A DNA stretch of 64,000 bases, from assembly GCA_963779755.1 (NCBI GenBank), contig CAVZZO010000003.1, positions 1,408,001 through 1,472,000 of the forward strand, written 5' to 3'. Positions 25,908 to 34,984 of this stretch are shown in pieces. The position numbers and the translations under genes were made by a program. The notes under the pieces are model-generated. The model saw only the letters and a list, made by a program, of their open reading frames with translations, was not told where the DNA came from and did not search any database. Position 1 is the stretch's first letter. Each line of letters opens with the position of its first letter. The DNA comes from an uncultured Gemmatimonadales bacterium. Its GTDB lineage: Bacteria > Gemmatimonadota > Gemmatimonadetes > Gemmatimonadales > GWC2-71-9.

Positions 25908-26456
25908 ATGGGCATGGCATCGCCGGCATACTATACCGCAGAGATGGTCAGGGCACTGCCTGAGGACGGTAACAAATACGAAGTCGTCCACGGGGAGTTG
26001 CTGGTGACTCCGTCGCCCCGGCCCTGGCACGAAATCGTACAGGGCAGACTGTTTCTTGCGCTCGGGAATTATCTCGACCGTGAGCCCGTCGGGGTTCTGC
26101 TCGGCCCCAAAGGCGATATCTCCTGGGGGCCGGATATCCTGGTGCAGCCCGACCTTTATGTGGTCCGGTCCGACGAAGCGCGCTCATTGGACTGGAAACG
26201 GATGAAGACACTGCTGCTCGTGGCGGAGGTCCTCAGTCCTTCGACTTCCCGCTACGACCGCTTCACCAAGCGCCGGCTGTTTCAGGAGGTGGGAGTCCCA
26301 CTCTACTGGATCGTCGATCCCGATCAACGTCAGGTGGAGATCTGGACCCCCGAAGCGACCTTCCCGGTGATCGAGCGCGAGCGGCTTCGCTGGATGCCGG
26401 AGGGAGCCGAGATGCCGTGCGAGGTGGAGCTGGGGTGGGTGTTTCGGGAGGTGTGA
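25908..26456 (+). CDS. Uma2-family (DUF820) restriction-endonuclease-like protein, copy 1
   Basis: YEVVHGELLVTPSP, VQPDL, LVAEVLSPST, DRFTKRRLF, GVPLYWIVDP. Confidence 0.93.
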   Translation: MGMASPAYYTAEMVRALPEDGNKYEVVHGELLVTPSPRPWHEIVQGRLFLALGNYLDREPVGVLLGPKGDISWGPDILVQPDLYVVRSDEARSLDWKRMKTLLLVAEVLSPSTSRYDRFTKRRLFQEVGVPLYWIVDPDQRQVEIWTPEATFPVIERERLRWMPEGAEMPCEVELGWVFREV

Positions 26457-26460
26457 GGGG

Positions 26461-26585
26461 AAGGCGGCAAGGCGGCAAGGCGGCAAGGCGGCAAGGCGGC
26501 ACGAAGATGCCAGTCGTCCGAGTGAACGCGAGGGAAGCAAGCGCCGTCACCCTGAGGGAGCGCAGCGACCGAAGGGGCCGAAACC
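26461..26585 (+). repeat. Octamer run (GGCGGCAA)n and a B-type module
   Basis: aaggcggc repeated about 5 times; GTCACCCTGAGGGAGCGCAGCGACCGAAGGGG. Confidence 0.8.
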
Positions 26586-26652
26586 GTAAGCAGCGAGCTT
26601 TTCTTGGGATCACCTCCCGCCGCATCTCTCCACTCCGCCCCTACCGCCCTGC

Positions 26653-26690
26653 CGCCATTTGAGTATCTTTAGAGCGCCATTTGGCGGAGG
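26653..26690 (+). promoter_or_regulatory. Putative promoter/operator of the Xre-RES TA operon
   Basis: -10-like TATCTT (26664-26669) between CGCCATTTGAG and the palindrome CGCCATTTGGCG (26675-26686); GGAGG RBS. Confidence 0.6.
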
Positions 26691-26695
26691 CTTAC

Positions 26696-27133
26696 ATGGG
26701 CACATCGGTCCTCGAAAAACTGGGCGGCTACAGCGTCTTCCACCGGAAATCGGCCACCGGGCTCGACCTGGCCGAGCGGGTGAGAGCAGGATTGCCAGTG
26801 GAGGCGCTGGAGTACATGCTGCGCGAGATGGTGGGGGAGCAGGTCACCCAGGCCGACATCTACCGGGTGGTCGGGAGTCCCCGGACCCTGCAGCGCAAGC
26901 GCGCCCGGGGCGGCACCCTCTCGCCCGAGGAATCCGACCGGCTGGCGCGGCTGGCCCGGATCCTGGCCCGGGCGGACGAAGTCCTGGGCGGCGCCGAGCC
27001 GGCCAAACGCTGGCTGGGGAAACCCAACACCGCGTTGGGGGACACCCGGCCCCTGTCGCTGCTGGACAGCGACGCCGGCACCCTGGCGGTGGAGCAGGTG
27101 CTGGGCCGGATCGAACACGGCGTCTACGCCTGA
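26696..27133 (+). CDS. Xre/MbcA/ParS-family antitoxin
   Basis: RVRAGLP, RTLQRKR...LSPEESDRLARLARI, AKRWLGKPNTALG..PLSLLDSDAG...LGRIEHGVYA. Confidence 0.93.
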   Translation: MGTSVLEKLGGYSVFHRKSATGLDLAERVRAGLPVEALEYMLREMVGEQVTQADIYRVVGSPRTLQRKRARGGTLSPEESDRLARLARILARADEVLGGAEPAKRWLGKPNTALGDTRPLSLLDSDAGTLAVEQVLGRIEHGVYA

Positions 27134-27136
27134 GCC

Positions 27137-27619
27137 GTGCGCTGCTATCGGATCTGCGACGCGAGGTTCCGCGCGCTGGACGGCGAAGGCGCGCGCCGCT
27201 ACGGTGGCCGCTGGAATCGGCCGGGTCGCGCGGTGGTGTACACCTCCGCCTCGCGTGCGCTGGCGATTCTGGAGCTGCTGGCGCAGGTGGAGCGGGGGGA
27301 CCTGCGCCGGGGACTGCTCCTGCTGACGGTGGAGGTGCCGGAGGTCGGGGAGCTCAAGGAGCTGGTCGTTGGGTCGAGAGGGTCGAGGGGGTCGAGGTTG
27401 CCGCGGGGGTGGGATGCGTATCCCGCGCCGGCGACGTGTCAGAAGATGGGCGACGACTGGATGGAGCGTGCCGAGTCGCTGGTGCTGGCGGTGCCGTCGG
27501 CCATCGTGCCGGAGGAGCGGAACTTCCTGCTCAACCCGGCGCATCCCGCTTTCGCGTGCGTGCGGGAGGCGGGAGCGCGGGAGTTCAGGTTCGATAAGAG
27601 GCTGGGCCTCGGGCCATGA
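27137..27619 (+). CDS. RES-domain toxin (ParT/MbcT-like)
   Basis: YRI, GGRWN, VYTSASRALAILE, VPSAIVPEERNFLLNPAHP; directly downstream of the antitoxin. Confidence 0.92.
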   Translation: MRCYRICDARFRALDGEGARRYGGRWNRPGRAVVYTSASRALAILELLAQVERGDLRRGLLLLTVEVPEVGELKELVVGSRGSRGSRLPRGWDAYPAPATCQKMGDDWMERAESLVLAVPSAIVPEERNFLLNPAHPAFACVREAGAREFRFDKRLGLGP

Positions 27620-27625
27620 TCCGAT

Positions 27626-27850
27626 TGTCACCCTGAGCGATAGCGAAGGGGCCGAAGCCGATCGAAGGGTTCCGGCGCTACCTAACCCCCTGTCCCCCTT
27701 CCCTGCTGGGAAGGGGGAACGGGGACATTGAGATCCGCGGTCATTGCGAGCCCGCGCAGCGGCGAAGCACCTAACCCCCTGTCCCCCTTCCCTGTTGGGA
27801 AGGGGGAACGGGGACATTGAGCATCGCGCGCTGTCACCCTGAGCGTGACA
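27626..27850 (+). repeat. Composite array B-A-C-A-B
   Basis: A copies at 27681 and 27770; ends with the collapsed B palindrome TGTCACCCTGAGCGTGACA. Confidence 0.93.
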
Positions 27851-27884
27851 GGGCATTTGCCTCTCTTCCTGCGCCCTACCTCTA

Positions 27885-30566
27885 TTACCGCCGCAACAGT
27901 GCCTGGAACGCGGAGTCCTCCCGGATCGGATCCCACAGCGGGTCCAGCCGCAGCGTCTCGATCGAGACCCACGACGGCCTTCTCAGCGGCAACGGGAGTT
28001 CCGCCACGGCCCCCTTCGCGTCGCCCAGTTGGGCCAGGATCTGGGCATGCTGCACCATGGGATCGGGATCCTCCCGCTGCCCGCCGGGCCCGGATGCCGG
28101 CCCCTGGATCCAGCGGGCCTCCTGCAACGCGGCCTCCCGGCGGCCCAGCGCCGCCAGCGTGAGGCCGCGCGACACGTGCACCCGCCAGTCGTTGGGCAGC
28201 CGCACCAGCACCGAATCCAGCAGCGTGAGCGCGGAGTCGAACGCGGCGGCCGCCGCGGCCTCATTGCCCCGGAAGCGATGGGCCCACCCGGCATAGAGGG
28301 CGGCCGGGGTATAGGAGTCTTCACCGTCGAAGGCGGCTGCGGGGTCGCCACGCAGCGTGCGCAGCATCCCCTCCGGGTCCCGCTCCCAGAACTGCAGCAG
28401 GACCCGCTGGCCGGTGACGCCGCCGAACGACCCCGGAGCGTCCGGTGCCAGGCGGTCCAGGCCGGCCCGCAACGTGTCCAGCGTTCCCTGCCAGCGGATG
28501 TAAGTCCACCCCTTCAGGACCACAGCGTTTGGCAGGCCGGGTGACAGCGCCAGCACCCGGTCAAACGATTGTGCGGCATCGGCGTAGCGGTGCATCAGGT
28601 CGTAGGTGACCGCCAGATGCTGGAACAGATCCGGATCCCGCGGATCGAGATCGGTGGCCCGCCGGAAGGCGGCGATCGCTTCGGGCCAGTGCTTCAGCCG
28701 GCGTTGCATGAACCCCATCCGTTCCCAGAGCCGCGCGTCGTTGGGAATACCCTTGAGGGCCCCGGTGAGCGTGCTCAGGGCTCTCTGCCAGTCCTGCCGG
28801 CCCAGCCCATAGTCATAGATCATCGCGGCCTGCGCCTGCGGCAGGTCGGGCGCCAGGCGGACGGCCGTGTGCGCCGCCTCGCGCGCCAGCGCCAGCCGAG
28901 CCGGCGAGGGATCGTAGCGCAGCAGGTAGGTGAGCCCCTGCGCCTCGGCCAGATCCGCATAGGCCAGCGCAAAGGTGGAATCCTGCTCCGTCGCCCGGGT
29001 CAGGAACTGCACCGCCATCTCATAGTCCTGGCGGCTGCGGGTGGGCCGCAGCAGATACTGCCGCCCCTGGAGATAGAGCCGGTACGCCTCCGGGTCGCCG
29101 GTGGGCGCGCGGGTGAGGCCCTCCTGTTCTGCCGCGCTCAGGGTGGCGCCCACCGCCGCCACGATCCGCTGCGCCACCTCGCTCTGGATGGCAAAGGCGT
29201 CGTCCAGCGTCCGGTCGTAGCGCTCGGCCCAGAGGTTGGCATTGGTCGCCACGTCAACGAGCTGCACGTTGACCCGGAGCCGGTCGCCCACTGCCTGCAC
29301 GCTGCCCTCCACCACGCTCCCCACGCCCAGCTCGCGCGCGATCCGCTGGAGCGAAATGCTGCTGTCGGCGTATTCCGCCACCGAGGCGCGGCCGATCACC
29401 TTGAGCGCCGTCACCCGGGAGAGCTCCGTCAGCAGCTCGTCGTGCAGCCCACCGGCGAAATAGCCGTAGGGACCGGGCCCGGTCAGGTTCACGAAGGGAA
29501 GCACCGCGATCGCGGTCCGGGCATAGGCCGGGGCGGCCGGCTGCCCGGCGGAGTTCGAGCCCCGGCGGAGGAGCAGGCCGGTGGCCACCAGCGAGACCAG
29601 CAGCAGGGCAGCGGCCCAGGGCCACCACGGCCGGGGCCGCGAGACCGGCCGGACCGGTGCGGTGGCCGTCCCCTGCTCTCCCGACGCCCGTTCCGCCTGG
29701 CGCAAGGCGCCGGCGAACTGCTGGGCGGTGGCGTAGCGATCGGCCGGGACCTTGGCCATCGCACGGGCGATGGCCAGCTCGAGCGCGCGGGAGAGGGCGG
29801 GGCGCGCAGCCGTCAGACTGGGCGGCGTGTCCATCGCGTGGCGCGCCAGGATCTCCTGGGCCGTGACTCCGGTGAAGGGCGGCCGGCCCGCCAGCATCTC
29901 GTACAGCACGCACCCCAGGGCGTAGATGTCGGACCGGCCGTCCAGGGCGCTGTCGCCGGCCGACTGCTCGGGGCTCATGTAGGAGGGGGTCCCGATGGCG
30001 ATTCCGGTCTCGGTCAGGGCCTCTCCCCCGGCCGACGTCACCGCCCGCGCGATGCCGAAATCGGCCACCCGCGCGTGGCCGCCGGCCAGCAGGATGTTCT
30101 CCGGCTTGATGTCGCGGTGAACGATCCCGCGGCTGTGGGCATAGCCCAGCGCGTCCGCCACCTCGCGGGCGATCTGAAGCGCGTCTTCCAGCGGCAGCTG
30201 GCGTTCCCGCTCCAGCCGGTCGCGCAGGGATTCGCCCTCGACGTAGGGCATGACGTAGAACAGGACCTCGCCCCCTTGCCCCCTCTCCACATCGTGGAGA
30301 GGGGGAACGGGGGTGAGGCTACCGCTGTCCAGCAGCGGGAGGATATGCGGGTGATCCAGTTGGGCGGTGAGGCGGATTTCGCGGAGGAAGCGGTCGGGAC
30401 CCAGGGCGTGGGCCAGCTCCGGCTTCAGCACCTTGAGGGCGACCAGGCGCTGGTGTCGCAGGTCCTCGGCCAGGTAGACCGTGGCCATCCCGCCGCGGCC
30501 CAGCTCGCGCACGATGCGATAGCGGCCGGCCAGGGCCTGATCGAGCGCTGGGGGGAGGTCGCTCAT
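27885..30566 (-). CDS. Hanks-type Ser/Thr kinase with TM, TolB-N-like and TPR domains; carries an in-frame A' palindrome
   Basis: LGRGGMATVY, VALKVL, HRDIKPEN, DFG, GTPSYMSPEQ; IAVLPFVNL; TPRs. Confidence 0.95.
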   Translation of the reverse strand: MSDLPPALDQALAGRYRIVRELGRGGMATVYLAEDLRHQRLVALKVLKPELAHALGPDRFLREIRLTAQLDHPHILPLLDSGSLTPVPPLHDVERGQGGEVLFYVMPYVEGESLRDRLERERQLPLEDALQIAREVADALGYAHSRGIVHRDIKPENILLAGGHARVADFGIARAVTSAGGEALTETGIAIGTPSYMSPEQSAGDSALDGRSDIYALGCVLYEMLAGRPPFTGVTAQEILARHAMDTPPSLTAARPALSRALELAIARAMAKVPADRYATAQQFAGALRQAERASGEQGTATAPVRPVSRPRPWWPWAAALLLVSLVATGLLLRRGSNSAGQPAAPAYARTAIAVLPFVNLTGPGPYGYFAGGLHDELLTELSRVTALKVIGRASVAEYADSSISLQRIARELGVGSVVEGSVQAVGDRLRVNVQLVDVATNANLWAERYDRTLDDAFAIQSEVAQRIVAAVGATLSAAEQEGLTRAPTGDPEAYRLYLQGRQYLLRPTRSRQDYEMAVQFLTRATEQDSTFALAYADLAEAQGLTYLLRYDPSPARLALAREAAHTAVRLAPDLPQAQAAMIYDYGLGRQDWQRALSTLTGALKGIPNDARLWERMGFMQRRLKHWPEAIAAFRRATDLDPRDPDLFQHLAVTYDLMHRYADAAQSFDRVLALSPGLPNAVVLKGWTYIRWQGTLDTLRAGLDRLAPDAPGSFGGVTGQRVLLQFWERDPEGMLRTLRGDPAAAFDGEDSYTPAALYAGWAHRFRGNEAAAAAAFDSALTLLDSVLVRLPNDWRVHVSRGLTLAALGRREAALQEARWIQGPASGPGGQREDPDPMVQHAQILAQLGDAKGAVAELPLPLRRPSWVSIETLRLDPLWDPIREDSAFQALLRR

Positions 30567-30589
30567 AGGAGAATGCTACCAGAATGGGG

Positions 30590-31820
30590 GCAGGACGGCA
30601 GGGCGGCAAGGGAGGAAGGCGGGAAGGCGGGAAGGCGGGAAGGCGGGCCGAACATTGCTGTCATTGCGAGGCGGCGCAGCCGCCGAAGCAATCTCCCTGG
30701 GCTGCGCCAGGAGCCTCACCCCCTGGCTCTCCACTTCGTGGAGAGGGGGAACCGGCGGAAACGGCTATCGCATGCGGTCACCCTGAGCGATAGCGAAGGG
30801 GCCGAAGCCGATCGATTGATGCCGGCCGACCTAACCCCCTGTCCCCCTTCCCTGCTGGGAAGGGGGAACGGTCCCTTGAGATCCGCTGTCATCGCGAGCC
30901 CGCGCCAGCCGCCTCACCCCCTGTCCCCCTCTCCACGATGTGGAGAGGGGGAACGGGTGGGACGGATTATCACATGCTGTCACCCTGAGGCCGCGCAGCG
31001 GCCGAAAGGGCCGAAGCCGATCGAATGATTCCGGCCGACCTAACCCCCTGTCCCCCTTCCCTGCCGGGAAGGGGGAACGGTCCCTTGAGATCCGCTGTCA
31101 TTGCGAGCCCGCGCCAGCGGACGAAGCACCTAACCCCCTGTCCCCATTCCCTGTTGGGAAGGGGGAACGGGGACATTGAGCATCGCGCGCTGTCACCCTG
31201 AGCGATAGCGAAGGGGCCGAAGCCGATCGATTGATTCCGGCGCTACCTAACCCCCTGTCCCCCTTCCCTGCTGGGAAGGGGGAACGGTCCCTTGAGATCC
31301 GCTGTCATTGCGAGCCCGCGCCAGCGGACGAAGCACCTAACCCCCTGTCCCCCTTCCCTGTTGGGAAGGGGGAACGGGGACATTGAGCATCGCGCGCTGT
31401 CACCCTGAGCGATAGCGAAGGGGCCGAAGCCGATCGAATGATTCCGGCGCTACCTAGCCCCCTGTCCCCCTTCCCTGCTGGGAAGGGGGAACGGTCCCTT
31501 GAGATCCGCTGTCATTGCGAGCCCGCGCCAGCGGACGAAGCACCTAACCCCCTGTCCCCCTTCCCTGTTGGGAAGGGGGAACGGGGACATTGAGCATCGC
31601 GCGCTGTCACCCTGAGCGATAGCGAAGGGGCCGAAGCCGATCGAATGATTCCGCCGCAGTGTCATTGCGAGCCTGCGTCAGCAGGCGAAGCAATCCCCGC
31701 AGGCACAATCCGATCCGGACAGGTGGACGGGGCCGGACATCGGATCATTCCTCAGGAGATTGCTTCGGGCGCTCCGCGCCCTCGCAATGACAGCCAGGGT
31801 AGGCGCCGCTCAGCGTGACC
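30590..31820 (+). repeat. Largest composite array: octamers, C, A', B, 7 x A with 207-bp period, and a C inverted doublet
   Basis: A at 30830, 31039, 31129, 31246, 31336, 31453, 31543; C doublet at 31660-31792. Confidence 0.97.
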
Positions 31821-31840
31821 GGAGGCGAATACCTGTGGGC

Positions 31841-32227
31841 CTAGGGAACCAGCGACTCGAGGGGGATGCTGAGCAGGTCGCGGAGTCTCCTGGCCTGGGT
31901 CAAGGATAGACTGCGCTTTCCATGGAAGAATTCAGATACGCGGCTCTTCCCACCCATAGGTTCGTGCAGCGCCGTTCGGGTGAACCCTTTCTGTTCCAGC
32001 GCGAGTGCAACCACCTGCTGCGGTGTAACACCGCTGGTGTCGATCGGATCATGTTCAGACTCATACGCCTCAATCAGGACTGAGAGAAACACCATGCGAT
32101 CGTACGCCTCAGTGCGCTCGTCGGGATTGGCATAGGCCAGGGCATCGAGTTCCGCCACGGCGGCCTCGTACTCGCGCTCATCGCGGAGAACGTGGGGGTG
32201 GGAAAAATCGAGCATCGCTGTTGACAT
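31841..32227 (-). CDS. higA: HigA-family antitoxin (HTH)
   Basis: REYEAAVAELDAL...LSVLIEAYESEH, MGGKSRVSEFFHGKRSLSL; downstream of the toxin. Confidence 0.88.
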   Translation of the reverse strand: MSTAMLDFSHPHVLRDEREYEAAVAELDALAYANPDERTEAYDRMVFLSVLIEAYESEHDPIDTSGVTPQQVVALALEQKGFTRTALHEPMGGKSRVSEFFHGKRSLSLTQARRLRDLLSIPLESLVP

Positions 32228-32240
32228 GGTGTACCTCGCC

Positions 32241-32540
32241 CTAACGCTGTCGTCGTTTCACTGTCCAGGCGTCGTACCCCTTGTGGTCGAATACGCCCAG
32301 GATCAGCACTCGTCCAACAGAATACAGAATGCGAGCCACTATTCTGTACTTCTTGCCACCCAGGTTGAACACCGCCAGTCCGTCGCCCAGGAAGTCGGTC
32401 TGCCCAAACACCTTCCTGACATCGTGAGGTGAGGATAGCCGGCTCGTCTTCATCAGCCGAAACCACACCTTTAATGTTTCCTTCGCGCCGGGATGCTCTT
32501 TCCAAAAATCTCTGAGCCGTCGCTCTGTGATTACATGCAT
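32241..32540 (-). CDS. higB: HigB-family toxin (RelE-like)
   Basis: MHVITERRLRDFW, VFNLGGKKYRIVARI, VFDHKGYDAW. Confidence 0.9.
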   Translation of the reverse strand: MHVITERRLRDFWKEHPGAKETLKVWFRLMKTSRLSSPHDVRKVFGQTDFLGDGLAVFNLGGKKYRIVARILYSVGRVLILGVFDHKGYDAWTVKRRQR

Positions 32541-32547
32541 GGTGGCT

Positions 32548-32641
32548 GTTCCCAATATGGGAACCCAAAGCGAGAAAGTCAATATCGCCGAAGCTGTTTA
32601 ATCTCTTGTGTTTACAAAGTTGATGTTCCCACAAAGGGAAC
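32548..32641 (-). promoter_or_regulatory. higBA promoter (TTGACT-17-CATATT) with two 17-bp operator palindromes
   Basis: GTTCCCAATATGGGAAC (32548-32564, overlapping -10) and GTTCCCACAAAGGGAAC (32625-32641). Confidence 0.75.
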
Positions 32642-32763
32642 CAACAACAGGTCGTTGGTTCTGAGCGCGGGCTCAAGGCCGCGGGACATACCCAAATCTG
32701 GGGTCAGCGTGCGCTGATCCAGGGAGCGGAAAAACGCCACAGAGAGTGGAAAGGCGGGACGGG

Positions 32764-33311
32764 CGCGCGCTGTCACCCTGAGCGATAGCGAAGGGGCCGA
32801 AGCCGATCGAAGGGTTCCGGGGCGACCTAACCCCCTGTCCCCCTTCCCTGGCGGGAAGGGGGAACGGTCCCTTGAGATCCGCTGTCATTGCGAGCCCGCG
32901 CCAGCGGACGAAGCACCTAACCCCCTGTCCCCCTTCCCTGTTGGGAAGGGGGAACGGGGACATTGAGCATCGCGCGCTGTCACCCTGAGCGATAGCGAAG
33001 GGGCCGAAGCCGATCGATTGATTCCGGCGCGACCTAACCCCCTGTCCCCCTTCCCTGCTGGGAAGGGGGAACGGTCCCTTGAGATCCGCTGTCATTGCGA
33101 GCCCGCGCCAGCGGACGAAGCACCTAACCCCCTGTCCCCCTTCCCTGTTGGGAAGGGGGAACGGGGACATTGAGCATCGCGCGCTGTCACCCTGAGCGAT
33201 AGCGAAGGGGCCGAAGCCGATCGAAGGGTTCCGGCCGCTTCGCTGCGCTCAGCGTGACAGTGCATTTGCAGTCGCCGTCATTGCGAGCCCGCACAGCGGG
33301 GAAGCAATCTC
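32764..33311 (+). repeat. Composite array with the same 207-bp unit (B-A-C-A)x2, a B doublet and C
   Basis: A at 32826, 32916, 33033 and 33123. Confidence 0.96.
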
Positions 33312-33758
33312 CTACCCATTCTTCGAAAGCACGAACCTCCCCGTCGTCCTTACCCCGGTGATGGTGACCCAGTCCCAGGTTCCAACCAGCTTGCTGCCGT
33401 CCCATTCGCCGATCAGGCCCGCATTGTTATCGGCGTTCTGGGGATTTAGCTCGATAGTAACGCTATCGCCATGCGGCATGCCCCTGAAGAAGCCGGTGCC
33501 GATCTGGGGACCAACCTCGGCCATAGTGTCGGCGGCCGGGTACCAATGGAAATCCCAGGACCCGTTGATCTCGTTACCGGGCCCGAGGGTGGGATCGAGG
33601 GTCAGGGTACCCACCACCAGCGGGGCGCCGGCCTCCGAGGTGGCGAGATAGGCATAGGTGCCGGGCCCCATTGCCACCACATCCGGACTCAGCGGCGCCG
33701 GTTTGCCGCCGGAGCAAGCGGCGAGGGAGAGCAGGGCGAGGAGGGCGAGGTGGCGCAT
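33312..33758 (-). CDS. Hypothetical lipoprotein (beta-rich)
   Basis: MRHLALLALLSLAAC lipobox. Confidence 0.75.
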   Translation of the reverse strand: MRHLALLALLSLAACSGGKPAPLSPDVVAMGPGTYAYLATSEAGAPLVVGTLTLDPTLGPGNEINGSWDFHWYPAADTMAEVGPQIGTGFFRGMPHGDSVTIELNPQNADNNAGLIGEWDGSKLVGTWDWVTITGVRTTGRFVLSKNG

Positions 33759-33868
33759 AGGGATGAAGAGAAAAGAGAAAGGAGAAAGGAGAAAAGGTGG
33801 CCCGTGGGGCGGTTTCCTGTACCCCTGAAGACCCGGCCAGGGGCCGGGAGGTCACGAAACCGCGCGCC

Positions 33869-33950
33869 GGTCATTGCGAGGCCGCGTAGGCGGCCGAAGC
33901 AATCTCCCTGGGCTGCGCCAGGAGCATTACCCCCTGACCCCTCTCCACTG
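33869..33950 (+). repeat. C module plus partial A'
   Basis: GTCATTGCGAGGCCGCGTAGGCGGCCGAAGCAATCTCCC; CCCCTGACCCCTCTCCAC. Confidence 0.8.
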
Positions 33951-33964
33951 CCACCTGTAGCCCC

Positions 33965-34477
33965 TCAAAACCTCGTCCTCACCCCCACCTGCACCCCGCC
34001 GGCGCCGGGCGCGATAAGCATGCTGGTGCGTGGTGCGGCGTCGGCCGGGACCCAGGCATAGCGTGGAATGGCGGTGCCGATCAGCCCGCCGAGAATCGCA
34101 CCGGCCAGGGTCGAGCCTGCCACCACACGATCGGACGCGAAGTAGAAGTAGTCGCGATCGGCCGCAACCACCGTGAGGCCGGTGAGCAGTCCCACGCCGG
34201 TGCCGACGAGAAAGCCGATAGCCGTTTGGCGTCCCACCTGCCGGCGCAGGTCCACGCCGGCGATGGCACCGGAGGGGATCGCCACGGGCCCGTCGTCGGG
34301 GCCGGCGGCGGTGAGCTGGATGCCCGCGGAGTCGCGGCGGATGAAGACTCCCTCGATTGGCCTGAGTGAGCGGTTCGCCTGGCGCACGCGGATGTGATCG
34401 CCGTACTGCTGGGCGGCGCCGGCATGGGCGATGCCCAGGCAGCAGCCGAGGGCGAGCAGGAAGACGGGAGAGCGCAT
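33965..34477 (-). CDS. Hypothetical secreted/membrane protein with glycine-zipper helices
   Basis: GAGGAGG RBS; signal peptide ...AHAGAAQ; GFLVGTGVGLLTG, GAILGGLIG. Confidence 0.75.
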   Translation of the reverse strand: MRSPVFLLALGCCLGIAHAGAAQQYGDHIRVRQANRSLRPIEGVFIRRDSAGIQLTAAGPDDGPVAIPSGAIAGVDLRRQVGRQTAIGFLVGTGVGLLTGLTVVAADRDYFYFASDRVVAGSTLAGAILGGLIGTAIPRYAWVPADAAPRTSMLIAPGAGGVQVGVRTRF

Positions 34478-34588
34478 GGTGTCCTCCTCGGGTTCAGAAG
34501 GCCAGCCGCAGACCCAGGGCGGACCGGCCCTGGATGCTGGTGGCGATGGTCCAAGGAGGGATGGGAGGGTCAAGGGGGAGTCAAGGAG

Positions 34589-34980
34589 GACGGCAGGGCG
34601 GCAGGACGGCAGGACGGCAGGACGGCAGGACGGCAGGACGGCCCTAAAGGACTTCCTCGCGGCTCTCTATTGGAGGCCGCTCGGTCGCAGGACGGCAGGG
34701 CGGCAGGGCGGCCCTAAAGGACTTCCTCGCGGCTCTCTATTGGAGGCCGCTCGGTCGCAGGACGGCAGGACGGCAGGACGGCCCTAAAGGACTTCCTCGC
34801 GGCTCTCTCTTGGAGGCCGCTCGGTCGCAGGACGGCAGGGAACATTGCTGTCATTGCGAGACCGCGCTAGCGGGCGAAGCAATCCCCATAGGCCGCGCGC
34901 GGAGGCCCGCTACCTAACCCCCTGTCCCCCTTCCCTGGCGGGAAGGGGGAACGGGGACATTGAGCATCGCGAGCTGTCAC
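34589..34980 (+). repeat. (GGCAGGAC)n octamers, 3 x 70-bp unit with CGGCCCTAAAGGACTTCCTCGC, then C and A
   Basis: Units at 34639, 34709 and 34779. Confidence 0.93.
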
Positions 34981-34984
34981 CGTC

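Noticed and set aside
32673..33170. Repeat-derived ORFs (MSPFPLPNREGGQGVR..., also at 18.4, 22.2, 25.4, 31 and 39 kb)
   Set aside because: They are translations of the A/B/C arrays in several frames, with no RBS or coding bias.
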